DNA from: Felis catus
Taxonomy: Eukaryota
Direction: 5' to 3'
Assembly: GCF_018350175.1 (NCBI RefSeq)
Contig: NC_058368.1
Span: 200,262,001-200,326,000, forward strand
Length of the DNA stretch: 64,000 nucleotides
In this document: positions 23,889 to 36,825 of the stretch, in pieces
How the letters are laid out: each line of letters starts with the position of its first letter
Numbering within the stretch: position 1 is the first letter of the stretch
The notes under the pieces: model-generated
Told to the model about the DNA's origin: nothing
Seen by the model: only the letters and a program-made list of their open reading frames with translations
Databases searched by the model: none
Translations under genes and position numbers: made by a program

Positions 23889-23960
23889 ATTTTTTTAATA
23901 TTTATTTATTCATTTATTTTGGGAGAGAGAGAGTCGGGGAGAAGGGTACAGAGCGACAGT

Positions 23961-23993
<33 letters not shown>

Positions 23994-24115
23994 TATTAAG
24001 CAGGCTCCACTCCTGGCACGGAGCCTGACATGGGGCTCGATCTCACAACCCTGAGATTATGACCTGAGCCCGTCAAGAGTCAGATGCTTAATGCACTGAA
24101 CCACTCAGGTGCCCC
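23889..24115 (-). mobile_element. Can-SINE
   Basis: SINE core; TSD TTGTATTCTTTT at 23877-23888 and 24120-24131. Confidence 0.93.
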
Positions 24116-24360
24116 TGAGTTGTATTCTTTTTAAACACTCTTGGACATTAATAGTGAAATAGGGTAGCATTTAAACAGGTTGGCATTAATAGGGAAACAT
24201 TGCTCTGAACCTGTGATAGAAATGTCCTGGCTTCTCTGAAGTTGCTTTGTCAATGGACCTCATTTCCCATAATCTGGATTGGGAGGTCCTACTTCATTCA
24301 AAGGAAGTGTCGTGCATGAACATGGAGCTCACACAATTGAGCCACTGTTCCATAATAAAA

Positions 24361-24428
24361 AAGGAAGGAAGGAAGGAAGGAAGGAAGGAAGGAAGGAAGG
24401 AAGGAAGGAAGGAAGGAAGGAAGGAAGG
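24361..24428 (+). repeat. (AAGG)17 microsatellite
   Basis: Directly visible, perfect. Confidence 0.97.
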
Positions 24429-25027
24429 GGAAGGAAAAGAAAAAGCAACAATATGTGGCTGAATCAAAAAGAGGATTACCAGAGAACTTTTGTTCCTTAT
24501 TTCAACTGGGAATGGCATACCTGGCATGTTTCAGAGACTAGCCACATGTGTTGTATCACTAAATAGAGACATAACAGCAAAACTCCCAACATCATTTAGA
24601 CACTGTAGATTTCTCAGTTCAGTGATTTTTGATGTTGATGGAGACAGACTTCCCTTGAAAGTGCAATGATCTGCATGCCTTTTGATCAGTGTCTTGGTGC
24701 AGATTAATATTACTTCACATGAAGCTAGCAAGACCCTGTTTCTCTATCTGTTTGTGGAATAATTTCACACACATGGGCTTTCCGAAGATTTAATATGGGT
24801 GTTATTAATGAACAATAACTGCTAATGGGTATAATGCCTGCCCGATAGAGGTGCATATAGATTTATCTGTATAGGGAAAGGTTTGTTTTCTGTAGCATTT
24901 CAAACAACTGTACTAGGTACTTAGGTGACATGTCTGTCACTTCAAACATATTAGTATTGAAATTGTAGCACTTCACAATTGAAGTGTATTACACACTTGA
25001 GATACAGTAAACTACTGTATTTGAATT

Positions 25028-25300
25028 GAATCATACAATCATAGATATTAGAGCCAGAAAAGACCTATTAGGTTATCATGTCCATCTACTGCCATTTGGC
25101 ATTGTTATTTACAATACATTGTTGGATCTAGAGTTAAATGCCTCAAACAATAGGCCTACTACCACTGTGCCAAGAATATTTTCTTTTATTGTCTAAAGGA
25201 CTTGCTCATTGAAATAGTTTTTTTTTTCCCTTAAATTCAGCTGAAATTTATTTTTTGCTCAATTTCACTCCAATGTTGTCATATCTCAATCTTCATTCTA
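25028..25300 (-). mobile_element. CR1/L3 3' fragment
   Basis: AATCATAGATATTAGAGCCAGAAAAGACC...TCATGTCCA and TTCAGCTGAAATTT...AATTTCACTCCA resemble antisense L3. Confidence 0.55.
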
Positions 25301-25416
25301 TAGCCTTACTTCTGCATTATCTCTTCTTATAGTGACACTGTTTTAAAGACTGATTCATTTAAAGGCCATACTTTAAACTTCAAAATGGCAATTTCTTTTC
25401 TGCCCAAATTATGTGA

Positions 25417-25680
25417 TGTTTTAGGTTGGCTTTCCCAAGAAATGGACACTAAGCCAGGATATGAGTGAAAATAGTTTATTTGAAGATGGTCCCAGGACAT
25501 GCTAGGAGGTAATTGAAAAAGAGAGACAAGAAAAAGACAAAAGCCAATAAAGGGTGAATGATCATACCAGTGGCATTGTGGACAACTGGATCGTACCTCT
25601 ACTGCAGATATTGATGATTTGTACAGCATACTGCCTACGAGTTATTTCTCCAAGAGACAAGGAAGCTGAATTATTATATT
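25417..25680. mobile_element. MLT1 (J/K/L-like) LTR fragment
   Basis: TGTTTTAGGTTGGCTTTCCCAAGAA...TAGTTTATTTGAAGATGGTCCCAGG. Confidence 0.65.
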
Positions 25681-26300
25681 CATGTAATAACATGCTTCTC
25701 AAAACATTTAGTCTAACCAACATAATTCATTCTCCTTAATTCTTTTACCCAGAAATATCCAGAAATCTGACACATTTTAGGATGAGAGATTTTTTAGTGT
25801 GACCTATTTTTCTTAGGAAAAAATAATTGAGGTTTTTAAAATAATAACATTTAAATATCAAATACAGAAATGTTTGTCTTTGGTCATGTATTTGAGGATT
25901 CATTTTTATTTAAAAAATACTTTCATAAACTTGGAAGTTTTCAGGAAAATTTGTAGAATTTCTTTAACCTCATCTCTTCAGTTTTACCTATTTATGGAAT
26001 TTAATGAAATATATAAAACATTGTGTATGAGTAACTTAATGGCAGAGTGAGAAATAAGTAAAATATTCAAAATAACTAAAATTTACAGTTAATGGCTTAT
26101 TTATAAAATTTATGGACTTTACTCACACAGGAAACTCCCAGTTTTCACTCAGAGCCTCTGTGGTCTTATACTGAAGATAGTTATAGCTAGAGTAGTCATC
26201 TGGTTTCCAACCTTCCAATAGATTACAAGCAACAAAGTACAAAGATCAGAAGGTTTGCAGCAAATAGATTGAGTTGAAGAAATGATTATATTTGATAGAC

Positions 26301-26456
26301 CAGTGGTTCTCTGTATCTCTAGGACTATTAGAAAATTGAGATACAAATGCCAGAATTTTTGATTCAGCAGGACTTAATTGGTCCCTGAGAATTTATATTT
26401 TTAACAAATTTCCAGCTGATGCTGTTGGTCCAGAAACTCCATGTTGAGTATCATGG
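26301..26456. mobile_element. MER5-family hAT element
   Basis: CAGTGGTTCTC terminus; TGATTCAGCAGG...CCTGAGAATTTATATTTTTAACAAATTTCCAGCTGATGCTG. Confidence 0.75.
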
Positions 26457-26686
26457 GGATGGACACGGGGAGGAAAAATACAAAAACTATGAAAAGTTTT
26501 AATTTTTTATGAATGAATAGAGGAAAGCCCTATACAAAAAAACTGGGATGGGACCATTAAATCTAGGGGAAACTTTCCTGCTCATATTAGCAGACTCTAG
26601 TCATAATCATATTTTACACAGTAAAATAATATCTAGAGTTAACTCTAACTTATCAAGAAAGAAAAATGCACAGAAAGTCATGAAAT

Positions 26687-26871
26687 GGAGGTGCCTGGTG
26701 GCTTAGCTGTTTGAGCATCCAACTCTTGATTTTTACTCAGGTCATTATCTCATGCTTTATGAGATTGTATTTTGAACCCCTGCTTGGGATTCTCTTTCTC
26801 CTTCTCTCTCTGCCCCTCTCCTGTTCTTGCTCTCCCTCTCTGTCTCTCAAAATAAATAAACATTAAAAAAA
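26687..26871 (+). mobile_element. Can-SINE with internal deletion
   Basis: Head, CT tract and AATAAA tail present, middle segment missing; TSD TCATGAAAT at 26678-26686 and 26874-26882. Confidence 0.88.
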
Positions 26872-27014
26872 CCTCATGAAATAGTTACTATTTTCAAAAA
26901 TATAGCCAGTCAATATAATTTAGTTAGTAAGAAGTCTCTCTCAGTAAGAGGATAAAATATTAATTATCTAGGACATTTCATCTATCCAAAATAAGTCATT
27001 GCTCAAATGTCCTC

Positions 27015-27733
27015 TGTGGTAGGCTAAATAATAGATCCTCCCAATATAATTAATCTAATGTTCTAATCTCTAAAACCTGAGAATATTGCCATGTATAGGT
27101 AAAGAAACTGCAGATGTCATTAAGGAAAAGATCTTAAAATGGAGAGATTATCCTGGAATATCTGGATTGGCTCATTATGGCCAAAAGGGTCTTTATAATA
27201 GGGAAAAAGGAGATAAGAATGAATAGAAAGCAACACGACAGTGGAAGAGATTGGAAAAATGCAGCCACAAGCCAAGGAATGAGGACAGCCTCTAAAAGTT
27301 GAGAAAGATGGGACGCTGGGGTGGCTCAGTCAGTTAAGCGTTTGAGTTTGGCTCAGATCATGATCTTGCAGTTCATGGGTTCACAGGTCATGATCTTGCA
27401 GTTCATGGGTTCACACCCCACTTTGGGCTCTGTGCTGACAGCTCAGAACCTGGAACTTGCTTGGGATTCTGTGTCTCCCTGTCTCCCTGTCCCTCCCCTC
27501 ACTCGTACTCTTTCTCTTTCTCTCTCAAAAATAAACAAAAAAATAAAAGCTGAGAAAGGCAAGAAAAGGGTTCTCTTCTGGAGACTTCAGAAGGAACTGA
27601 CCTTGCTGATACCTTGATTTTAGCTCCATAAGAGTCATCTCTTCTGACCTCCAGAACTGTGAGACAATCAGTTTGGGTTGTTTTAAGACACTCTGTGGTA
27701 ATTTTGTACAGCACCAATAAGGAAACTATTACA
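27015..27733 (+). mobile_element. MLT1C/D-like MaLR solo LTR interrupted by a SINE
   Basis: TGTGGTAGGC start; GCAGCCACAAGCCAAGGAATG; CTGACCTCCAGAACTGTGAGA; GGAAACTATTACA end. Confidence 0.88.
27310..27543 (+). mobile_element. Can-SINE with internal 30-bp tandem duplication
   Basis: TSD TAAAAG(T/C)TGAGAAAG at 27293-27307 and 27544-27558. Confidence 0.95.
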
Positions 27734-27993
27734 CCCTGTGAAGCTGAACTGTTTTCCTTTATTATTATGACTCTATCAACATTAGGTTTCTGACATCTTA
27801 TTTGTGTGTGCACATGTATAGGTATGCTAGAGCACAAGTCCAAGGCAGAGAGTGGTAGAACCTGCCATAGGAAAAGTAGGAAGCAGTGAAGTCAAAAAGG
27901 CTTTGTGCAGGATGCTAAGGAGTTTAGGCTGTTCGGTTTTCTGTTTATTTGTTTAATTATACCAGATAAAGTTCCAGGCACTGTACTAAATGA

Positions 27994-28185
27994 AGGGGTG
28001 GCAAACATGTTATGAAAAGGGCCACATAGTAAATGTTTTAGGCTTTGAAGGCCAACAGGCAAAATGGAGACTATTATATAAGTACTTAAATAATAAGAGA
28101 AAACGAATTTCCACAGATATTGTACGGATGGAATTTTAAAAATTGAATGTAACTTTATTTATATTTTTAAATTTTATTTACTTAT

Positions 28186-28237
<52 letters not shown>

Positions 28238-28560
28238 CCCAAGTAGGGAAGGAACAGCAAGAGTGGAAGAGAGAGAATCCAAACAGGCTTCATGCTGTCA
28301 GCACAGAGCCAGTCACAGGGCTCGATCCCCGGAGCCCTGAGATTATGACTTGAGGCAATATCAAGAGTCAGATGCTTAGCTGACTGAGTCACCCAGGCGC
28401 CTCAAGTATATTTTTCTTTAACATAATGTTTATTACATAGGTATACTAATGAGATAAATAGAATTATTTTTCTTGGGTGCTTAATCCAGGCTCAAAGTTA
28501 GTGTTTTCTGTGAGAATTAATTGCAAATTGTGTAAATTATGTGTCAATATTGATAAGCAA
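27994..28560. mobile_element. MER58/Cheshire-like hAT element split by a SINE
   Basis: AGGGGTGGCAAAC...AAGGGCCACATAGTAAATGTTTTAGGCTTTG terminus; resumes with TACTAATGAG...CAAAGTTAGTGTT...ATTGCAAAT. Confidence 0.7.
28169..28403 (-). mobile_element. Can-SINE with (GA)n at 28189-28232
   Basis: SINE core ending CACCCAGGCGCCTC. Confidence 0.93.
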
Positions 28561-29231
28561 GTTAACTTGCATGTTATAAATTTGTTTGAATATGGCTTCA
28601 ACTTTCTATGGTTTCATCTTGTTGAATCATTTCATCTGTGATTGCTGTTTATTTGCTCAGATCTCTGTATTTCATTGTATTCTGAATCTTCGCCTTCAAT
28701 GGCATCTTGTTTAAATTTTTTAATTATTAGTTAACAAAATGTGAATACTATTATTTTTAAATTTAGTCTTTTGTGGATGTTTTGTTAAACCTACAATGTA
28801 AGTGAAACACATTTTCATTTAGTAGTGTTACTGGTGTATGTCTACCAATAACTAGACTTTAAGAGATTAACTCATTGTAAGTCAAACAAATCATCCATAT
28901 CTTTATTGCTAAAGCAGAATAATATAGACAAATATGCAGATATGCCACCAAGATGTGTGTTTTCGTAATGATAATTCATAAGAGATTAGAAACTGAGTTT
29001 CTAGTGTTAAATACATTTATTGGGTTATTTTTAATTGTATAAATTATGGTTTTGTAATATGTCTTCCATATATATGTTCATCCTTTTCTTTTGTAAACCA
29101 AACGAATATCCTATATGGATTAAAGATATTTTTTTAATTTGTAAGTATTTGGATTATTACTCAAGTTAGTCATTGGCAAAAATATTACTATTAGAAGTTT
29201 GAGGAAAGGAATAAAAAGTATCTTTTCATAT

Positions 29232-29525
29232 AAATCAAGTTGTCAGGATGCTTATGGACACAGTAACTAAAATGACTTAAAACAATAAGGAAATTTATTA
29301 TCTTACAAAACAAGAAATTTGGAGGTAAGACATTCTAGGGTTTGAGACTTGAATGTCATTACTCTACACCTGTTTTTTCAATCTTTCTTTAAAGTTGTCT
29401 GTCAGTTACAGGCATCACTGTTTCATATGGCCCTATAAAAGTCAGAAAAAGGTAATTTGCCATATCTTGTTCTTTTTTTTTAATCAGAAAGAACACCTTT
29501 TCCACAAATTTCCTAGAATTCAGTT
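29232..29525 (-). mobile_element. Old MLT1 LTR fragment
   Basis: TGACTTAAAACAATAAGGAAATTTATTATCTTACAAAACAAGAA...GGAGGTA. Confidence 0.5.
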
Positions 29526-30029
29526 TATTTTTTTAATATAAAAATATATGAGTAATTTAATATAAATAGCAAATATTTACTGTTTAGTGGGTAAACACAT
29601 TTTCTTTACTTCTGTTTCTGTGAGTTTATATTTAGTTAGAAGGCATCAGTAATCACCAGAAGTGACTAGTTAAGGAAGAAGAGAAGAGAATATGAGGGAT
29701 TAGTAAGGATAGCCCTCAGGAAGCAGAGGCAACAGAAACAGACTTTACTGACTGGTTTGAAATTTTTCAGTTTTGGCCTTCAAACCACACTCTATGCTTA
29801 AATATTCTTTACATTTTAATTTACTAAAATTTAAATTGGCTATTTTCCAGTAAAGCACTTTAGAATTCCATTTCTCCCATAAGATAATCCTGTTCCAAAG
29901 GAAAAGGAAGAATTAATTTCCAATTGATCTTTGTCTAAATAATCTGTTCCCCCTTCCTCTTTGCAAATCATCTACTAAATGCATTCACATTTTAATTTAT
30001 AATGAAATTTTTTTTCATTAGTTTCACTT

Positions 30030-31288
30030 ATTTATTTAGTCTGCTCTTTCTAGTTTGATATCTGGCACATAGATTGTTACAATAGTCTTCTATCTGCTTT
30101 TATTTCCATTATTACCATCTTCAATTCACCCTGCAAACCTGTGCTTAATTAATCTTTATAAAAGACCATTACTTTTGTGCTGCTACTCTCAATGACTCTT
30201 AAAACTCACAGTTGATAGCTCCTAACTCATGGTCTTTCTCATGAAAATTGGTTTCTTTTTCAGTGTTCTCCTCTTAGGAAATGGAACTCAAATGTAACAG
30301 CTCAAGTCAGAAACCTGTCTTTCTTAAACAACTCCTTAAAACTTATCTACTACCCAACTGTTTTCAAGTCCCATTAGCTTTGTTTTCTAAGTGTAGTTTA
30401 AATCTGTATTTCTCTCCAATTTTATTGCAACTATGCTAATATATACTGCAATAATTCCTGTTTTAGATACTGCAAAAACCAGGTAACTGGTCTACCTCAC
30501 CTATTCTTGCCTTTCATCTTTAAATATACTCTTTACATACAACTAAAAGAATCTTTTTAAAAGTATAATTCTAGGGGTTCCTGGGTGGCTCAGTTGGTTG
30601 GTTAAGCATCTGATTCTTGATTTTGGCTCAGGTCATGATCACAGGGTTCCTGAGTTTGAGCCCCATGCCATGCTCTGCACAAACAGGATGGAGCTTGCTT
30701 GGGTTCTGTGCCCCTTCCCTGCTCATGGTTGCTCTCTCTCTCTCAAAATAAATAAATAAATTTTTAAACATTATATTTCTAGTCATGTGGTTATCTTCTC
30801 TCTTCCTCCTAATAATGCTTTATCCCCTTTCTCTGTTTCTTAAAGTCCTTCAGTGGTTTCCTGTAGCTCTTGAGGCAAACACCAGATTTCTGAACTTCAC
30901 CTACAAGGCACTAGCTACAAGACCTAAATCTTTTTTTTCCCAAGCTCATCTTGAATTATATCTCTCTTTAGTCTGTCTTCTCTAGCCCTAGTGGTCTTCT
31001 TTCAGGACCTTATACACTTTCCTTGGTGTCTTCTTTGTTTACAGAAGTATTAGCCATTCTTCAGATGTTTCAAATTAATTCCTTAAAGATACTTTCTTCA
31101 ACCTTCCTATGTAATTCAAATTTCTATTATTTGCCCTTATATCACTATGTATCTCTTTTTCATTTGCCATAGTCATAATTTTGTATTTTTAGGTGTATTT
31201 TCTTTTCATTCAATTCTTTGCTTTATGAAGGAAGGAATTGTGTCTGCTTCTGTGTATATATTTGGTACATAGTTCTGAATGAATGAAG
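30030..31288 (+). mobile_element. Fragmented L2 3' region
   Basis: CTCAAGTCAGAAACCTG; CTTAAAGTCCTTCAGTGGTTTCC; terminal TGAATGAATGAA. Confidence 0.7.
30574..30765 (+). mobile_element. Can-SINE inserted in L2
   Basis: GGGGTTCCTGGGTGGCTCAGTTGGTT head; TTTTGGCTCAGGTCATGATC; AATAAA tail. Confidence 0.92.
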
Positions 31289-33452
31289 AGAAGTGGGGTC
31301 TTTGTCCTAGGCAGGGTAAATTCTAATCATATCTGCCAACATTTTAAGGTCACCCATAATTTAGTACTCTTACCCTTCTTATATTACTTCTTGTTAGACA
31401 TAAAATAACATTTGAGATGAGTAGAAGAGTTTTAGTTTGCCCCTGAGGTTTAAAAACAGCTCTTCCAGGTTAAAGAAGATGCATGAATATACTATATAAA
31501 AAGACAAGGATGGAAAACCTATAGTTCTGGGTTTGTCTTGTGATCCTCAGAGATTTACAAACTAATTTTAGAAAATGAGGAACAGCATCACAGAGCTTGC
31601 AAGCATGATGACCAAAACAATACTATGTACATGAAAGTTCCCTAAATGATATTAAAATTAAGGTGTTTTTTTTTCTGATAAAACTCAATAGAATTTTTAA
31701 AATATTATAGAATGGTCACTATTAAGATATATTTTTGGATTGGTAATATCAGTTCTTAATATTTCTGCAACAAATTAAAATACCTACTAATTCTAGCTTC
31801 TACCTCTATTTAGATTTGTCATGTTGAGATTGTCTTGAAGCTAAGCAATGGTCTTGGAGCCTGAGGGGAGATTCTTGTTATTCCACAAGAGAACATGCAA
31901 TAGAGAGTGTCTGAACAGAAACAACAGACATGGGGACAAAAGCAGCACATTGTGTGGGTGAAACTTCAGAATGTTTAACTCATTTGGTACTGGGAAAGTT
32001 AGAGTTGGAATAAACTTAATGGAGGGTAAATATCAGGAGTAGAGGGGTAAGAGACAACATTAGACTGAGGTAGACATTAAGTGTTCTTGCTGACTTCCTA
32101 GGAAAGAAGTGGAATGTGGCCACTTATGAGATCAAGTGATGGATTTGTTTTCTTATCATCACAACTTCAGAATAACTCAGTTGATTAGTCATATTCTCTT
32201 GAGTTAAATTTGCAAAGTGATCTTCCATTACTCATACTGGATTTAAGTCCTAGAATTTATTTCCATTCTATACTTCATCTTCTGGTCTGCTTGGGGTGGC
32301 TCTACCCTCAAAATCAGAAAGAGTGTAAGGTGTCAGTCCTCAAAGTGGAATGGTTATTTCTTTGGGAGTATTCTCTTGCCTCAAAGCAAAGGCTTGGGTC
32401 ATGGTAAGATTTTTTAAAAAAATGGGATTCTCTGTAAAAACCAGGCATGCTTAACAAGATAAAGAACAAATTGGAAAGGCTAAAATTTTTATATGAATAC
32501 AGTTTACATCTCTATATCTACTGTTATAGAAATATGCCAATAGAAATGATTTCTTGCCACTTAATCTTAAATTGAGATGCTCAAAAGAGCTGCCCCTCTA
32601 CATCCTCACTTTAAGACTTTGGGACATTGTTAAAAGGAAGCTTACGTTTGGAGGAATAGACCTCAAGCAAGTGTATCTGGATCAGCTTACTGATTGGTAA
32701 AATCAGGCTAAATAGGATTGGCGTGGGAAGGATGATACAACTTATTACAGTCCTGATGTCTAAACCATGGACAGCGCAAATCTCATTTGAAGACTTTTAG
32801 CCACTTTATTCCTTGCTAGAGGGATAGCCCATTTTTCCTGACTGGTCTTTGGGAGACTAGTGGTTGAGGAGCCTTAATTAGGCTCTAATCAGCTTATGAT
32901 TAAGGGTGAAAAGAAGAATGAGTCTTTTAGCAAGCTAGGGAGGCAAATTTTACTCTTACTTTCTCTTGTTGGTGCTAAGACTCCTGGGAGAGAAGAATAT
33001 AAAGATTAGGCTACATTAGACAATTTTAGGCAGGTAAAATTATCAAGATATTTTGCTTTTTGTTTTCATTTTTGATATAATTTTGAATTTCTTAAATTTG
33101 AATGTATGTAATGTGTAGAATGGAAATAATGGGTACTTTGATACTAGTGCTAAATATAATACTATCAAACAGAAATAATGCATATACAGAAATACATGTA
33201 AAATCTGTAAGAGAACCATTCAGAAATAAGGTGAACTTGACAAGTTTAAGGAATTACTTTTTGTGTTGAAAAATAAAAACACTAGACAATTGGATACAAA
33301 AGATACTGAAATATTGTTAAAATAAGGCACAAACTGTGTTCTCTACTGGCATCTGAATCATAGCTCACATGGAAAACGTGCAGAAAATTCTGAGGAAATT
33401 GCAGCATATTTTATGTACACTTTTCCATAGAAGTGAGTTATTATAAGTTTGT

Positions 33453-33800
33453 CTTATTCAGCAGCTACTTTACCATGTGCCTACTATGCATGTGGCCCTG
33501 TGCAGTGGTTGGGGATTTATTTAAAAAGGAATGAAGAGAAAATGCTGGCAGTCTAGTGAGGCAGATGGCCCAGTAGATAAATAAGCACATTACAACTTAA
33601 TAAGATCTGTGATACAGATCTTGAATGAATTTTGAGAAAGTACAATGAGAGGGTTCTCATGTGGCCTTGGAGGAAAGATTGCATCCAGGAAATGGTTGGA
33701 ACTATCCTGGGTGGTAGATGGAAGTTTACTAAATATAGATGGGGATACCCAGTGAGGGCAGAGCCTAAATAGTATTCTTCATATTTCAAAAATGTGAAAT
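33453..33800 (-). mobile_element. L2 3' fragment
   Basis: TTATTCAGC...GTGCCTACTATGC...CCCTGTGC...CAGTCTAGTGAGGCAGATG. Confidence 0.55.
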
Positions 33801-33969
33801 TTTATGAAATACTAAATTTGACAAAAGAAGGCAATGCTATTTAGTATTATAAGGAGAATTTTCTGGAAGCAAGGGTTGATTCTTGTGAATTTGTGTGCAG
33901 GGGGGCTAAAGATAAGAGGGAGGGGGGTATAGGGAAGAGCAGGAGGGATTAATCCCCATAAACCATGCA

Positions 33970-34213
33970 TCTGTAGAACTCTTTAATGCAAAAGGTTTTC
34001 TTACAAATTCTTATTTGATCCTCACCATAGCCCTATGAGCTAAGAAAGGCAGGTGCAGGGTATTATTTCCCCCATTTCATGGTTGAGAAAACTGAAACAT
34101 GAAGAGATTAGGTAACTTGCCTAAAGTCAAACGATTGCTTCTTGATAGACTGAGACTAAAGCATAGATCTCTCAACCCCTTGATGGAGCTCTACTAGACC
34201 ACACTGCTGCCTC
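33970..34213 (-). mobile_element. MIR (MIRc/MIR3-like)
   Basis: TTTGATCCTCACCATAGCCCTATGAG...CCCCATTTCATGGTTGAGAAAACTGA...TAACTTGCCTAAAGTCA. Confidence 0.85.
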
Positions 34214-36138
34214 CACACAAACACACACACTTGGCCTTCCTTTTGTTTATATACGAATTTTCTTAAAAGTCTTGAGGAAAGCTATGTATTCTCTTTCCAC
34301 AAAGAAACACCCCCCCCCCACACACACACACACATATTATCAGGGGAGAAGTAGTACCCATCCAAATTTCACAAAAGCCTATCCTGAATGACTAGATCCC
34401 ACATTCTATAATTTTACTTGAGGATTTGAGGAGAACTTCTCTAGTTGCATAAGTGGGCTCCGTGACTATGCAGAATCTATGACTAACAGCTTATGTCCCT
34501 ACCCTGATGCAAACCCGGGGAGATAGTTCAGTGGTGTCACTGACCATATGGTGGCCTATCATCAAGATCTGGGAGCTGTGCAATATACTTCATCTTGTTC
34601 TGAGTTTTAAAAATCAGGAATCTAGATACTTTAGAAATGGAAATATGTTAAAAATAAGAATATTTTATTCTAAAAATTGAAATTTATGTATTACTGCAGT
34701 GGTAAATACACCTGGGATTGATTCCAGTACTTATTCACATTACATTTCTAGTCTAAAATTAACAACATCATCATTTTTTGGATTCTAAGTTATTAGGAAT
34801 CCTTTCTATCTTTTAATTTTGGTTAAAAAAGTAGCCCACAAAGCTTAACAAAGTACATTTTATTTATGTTTTTAGTTTTATAAAGTAGGAAAGTGAATTC
34901 ATTCCATACCATTCCCTTGTCTTTAGCTGTTTTGCCATTGTTAGCATAAGGGATGCCAAAAAGCCATGACTGGCATACCTAGAAGTGTTCAAAACTTAAT
35001 TTTGACTTGTGAAAACAGAAACAACATTGACCTTATTTGGGAGAAAGAGCAGCTTTCTCACAGGAGAAAGTTTCTCTGGCAAAAGGAACTCAGAAAGCTG
35101 AATCCCGAGGTCCCTGAGATCCCTGTGTGGGTTGTGTCTTTTCAGATTAACACTCAGAGGACAGTGGAATCCCAACATTTTCACTTCCCTATACCACCAG
35201 GAGTTTCTCATTTTCCACACTTTGTTTTTTCATTTTTCCGTTTTCATTCCCCCTTTGAAAACTTTATGTAAGATAAAAATGGGGAAATTCCTAAGCAGAG
35301 TTCTTGAATTTTCTGTCCAGAAACAGAAGTGTCTCTTAGTGTGTGAAGAGGAAAAATAATCTACATGTTTTAATTTCATGGTATTACTTACACCGATAGA
35401 CTGTGAACCCTTGAACTTCTTATTATATCATCAAATTGAACTTCTGAACTTTTTCCAAGAGCCTATAAACCTGAGAGTGAAAGCTGCGTGAAATTGTTTT
35501 CCGAGGCCTCCCTCAGTGTCTGTCCAGTGATGGTGTGCTCTCGATTAAAGAGAAGTGCAGCAGCATGAAAATGTCATGTAAAATGGGCAGTTCTAAGTGT
35601 TTTCTGGGGATTCCAGTAAGATACCTACCTTTTCTTTCGCCCCTTTTTTTCTATCTATAAAACTTACGATACAACCCACCCTTTCTAATTTGGCAGAACA
35701 CATTTGGGAATTGTACAGATTGATTCAGAATGCAATCCATAAAGGGCTTTGCACTGCTCAGAGATCTCCATGTAAATGCAATTACCTCATGGTTTGCTAC
35801 AGGCACCCCACCATGTGTCCAGTGTCACCAGCCTTATTGCATTCTATGGAGAGTTGTATGGCATTTGTAATGGCCTGTTGAAGTGAGTGTGCATTTGACA
35901 TCCTTCAAATTCTTGCTTAAGTCCTGGCTCATAGAGACTCAGGGTCATGAACAGTTTTATTCACACTTCTTTATGTTTCCAACTTCACAGTAAAGTGCTC
36001 CTTGCCCTGAGATTGACCTTTAACTTCAAAGCTAAAATCATTATGTAACTCAAAACAGCCAAACTGATATTGCAATGAATAGAAATGAAAGTCTTCAATT
36101 TCCCTGGGAAGATTTAGCAACAACCTTACTTAAGGAGT

Positions 36139-36139
<1 letters not shown>

Positions 36140-36179
<40 letters not shown>
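36140..36179 (+). repeat. (CA)20 microsatellite
   Basis: Directly visible. Confidence 0.97.
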
Positions 36180-36181
<2 letters not shown>

Positions 36182-36704
36182 CATATGTGGGTATATGTGT
36201 TTGTGCACATATATTTAATAAATATGAAATGATTTAAATATATACTAGTGACTACACAGAGAAACTATTGTAGGGAGTCAAGAGTATAGCATGAAGACTA
36301 GTGACATAAATTGCTTTCTATATTGGAGCTTAATAATTATTAAGTGATGTTCTAAGTAAAAGGAAGGTAAAAGAACTCTACCAATATTATGAGATGGTAA
36401 ACTCATGAACAGATGTTAATACACCTCTGTACTCCTGTAGTACTTATGAGAGATCTTAATAACAATGATTTTGATGGATTTCTTGAATTGTACATAGTAT
36501 TGGGACACTCATCTGAGCACAGAATAATTAATTGTCGTTCCAAATGTAACTAAGATTTTGGCCCAGTCATACCAAATCAGGTAAGTCTTTAATTTAGAAA
36601 AGGAGAAAATAATTGGGTTGCTTAAAATGTACTAGTGACTATATAAATGCTTCATGATTGGAAAGTCTGAGAATTTACCTTAAATTCAGCCACTATCTTC
36701 ACTA

Positions 36705-36825
36705 AATAATAAAAATTGATTGAGTGTTGACTATTTGCCAGTATGGTTCTAGGGCTAGTCCTACAGAGGTTACAAAACAGAACAAAATGTCTGCCATCAA
36801 GTCTTAAATTGTTTTCTATTTGTGC
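36705..36825 (-). mobile_element. L2 3' terminal fragment
   Basis: ATTGAGTGTTGACTATTTGCCAG...TGGTTCTAGGGCT...TCTGCCATCAAG. Confidence 0.5.

Noticed and set aside
24247..24566. ORFs with repeated EGRK / FLPS units
   Set aside because: Translations of the (AAGG)17 microsatellite.
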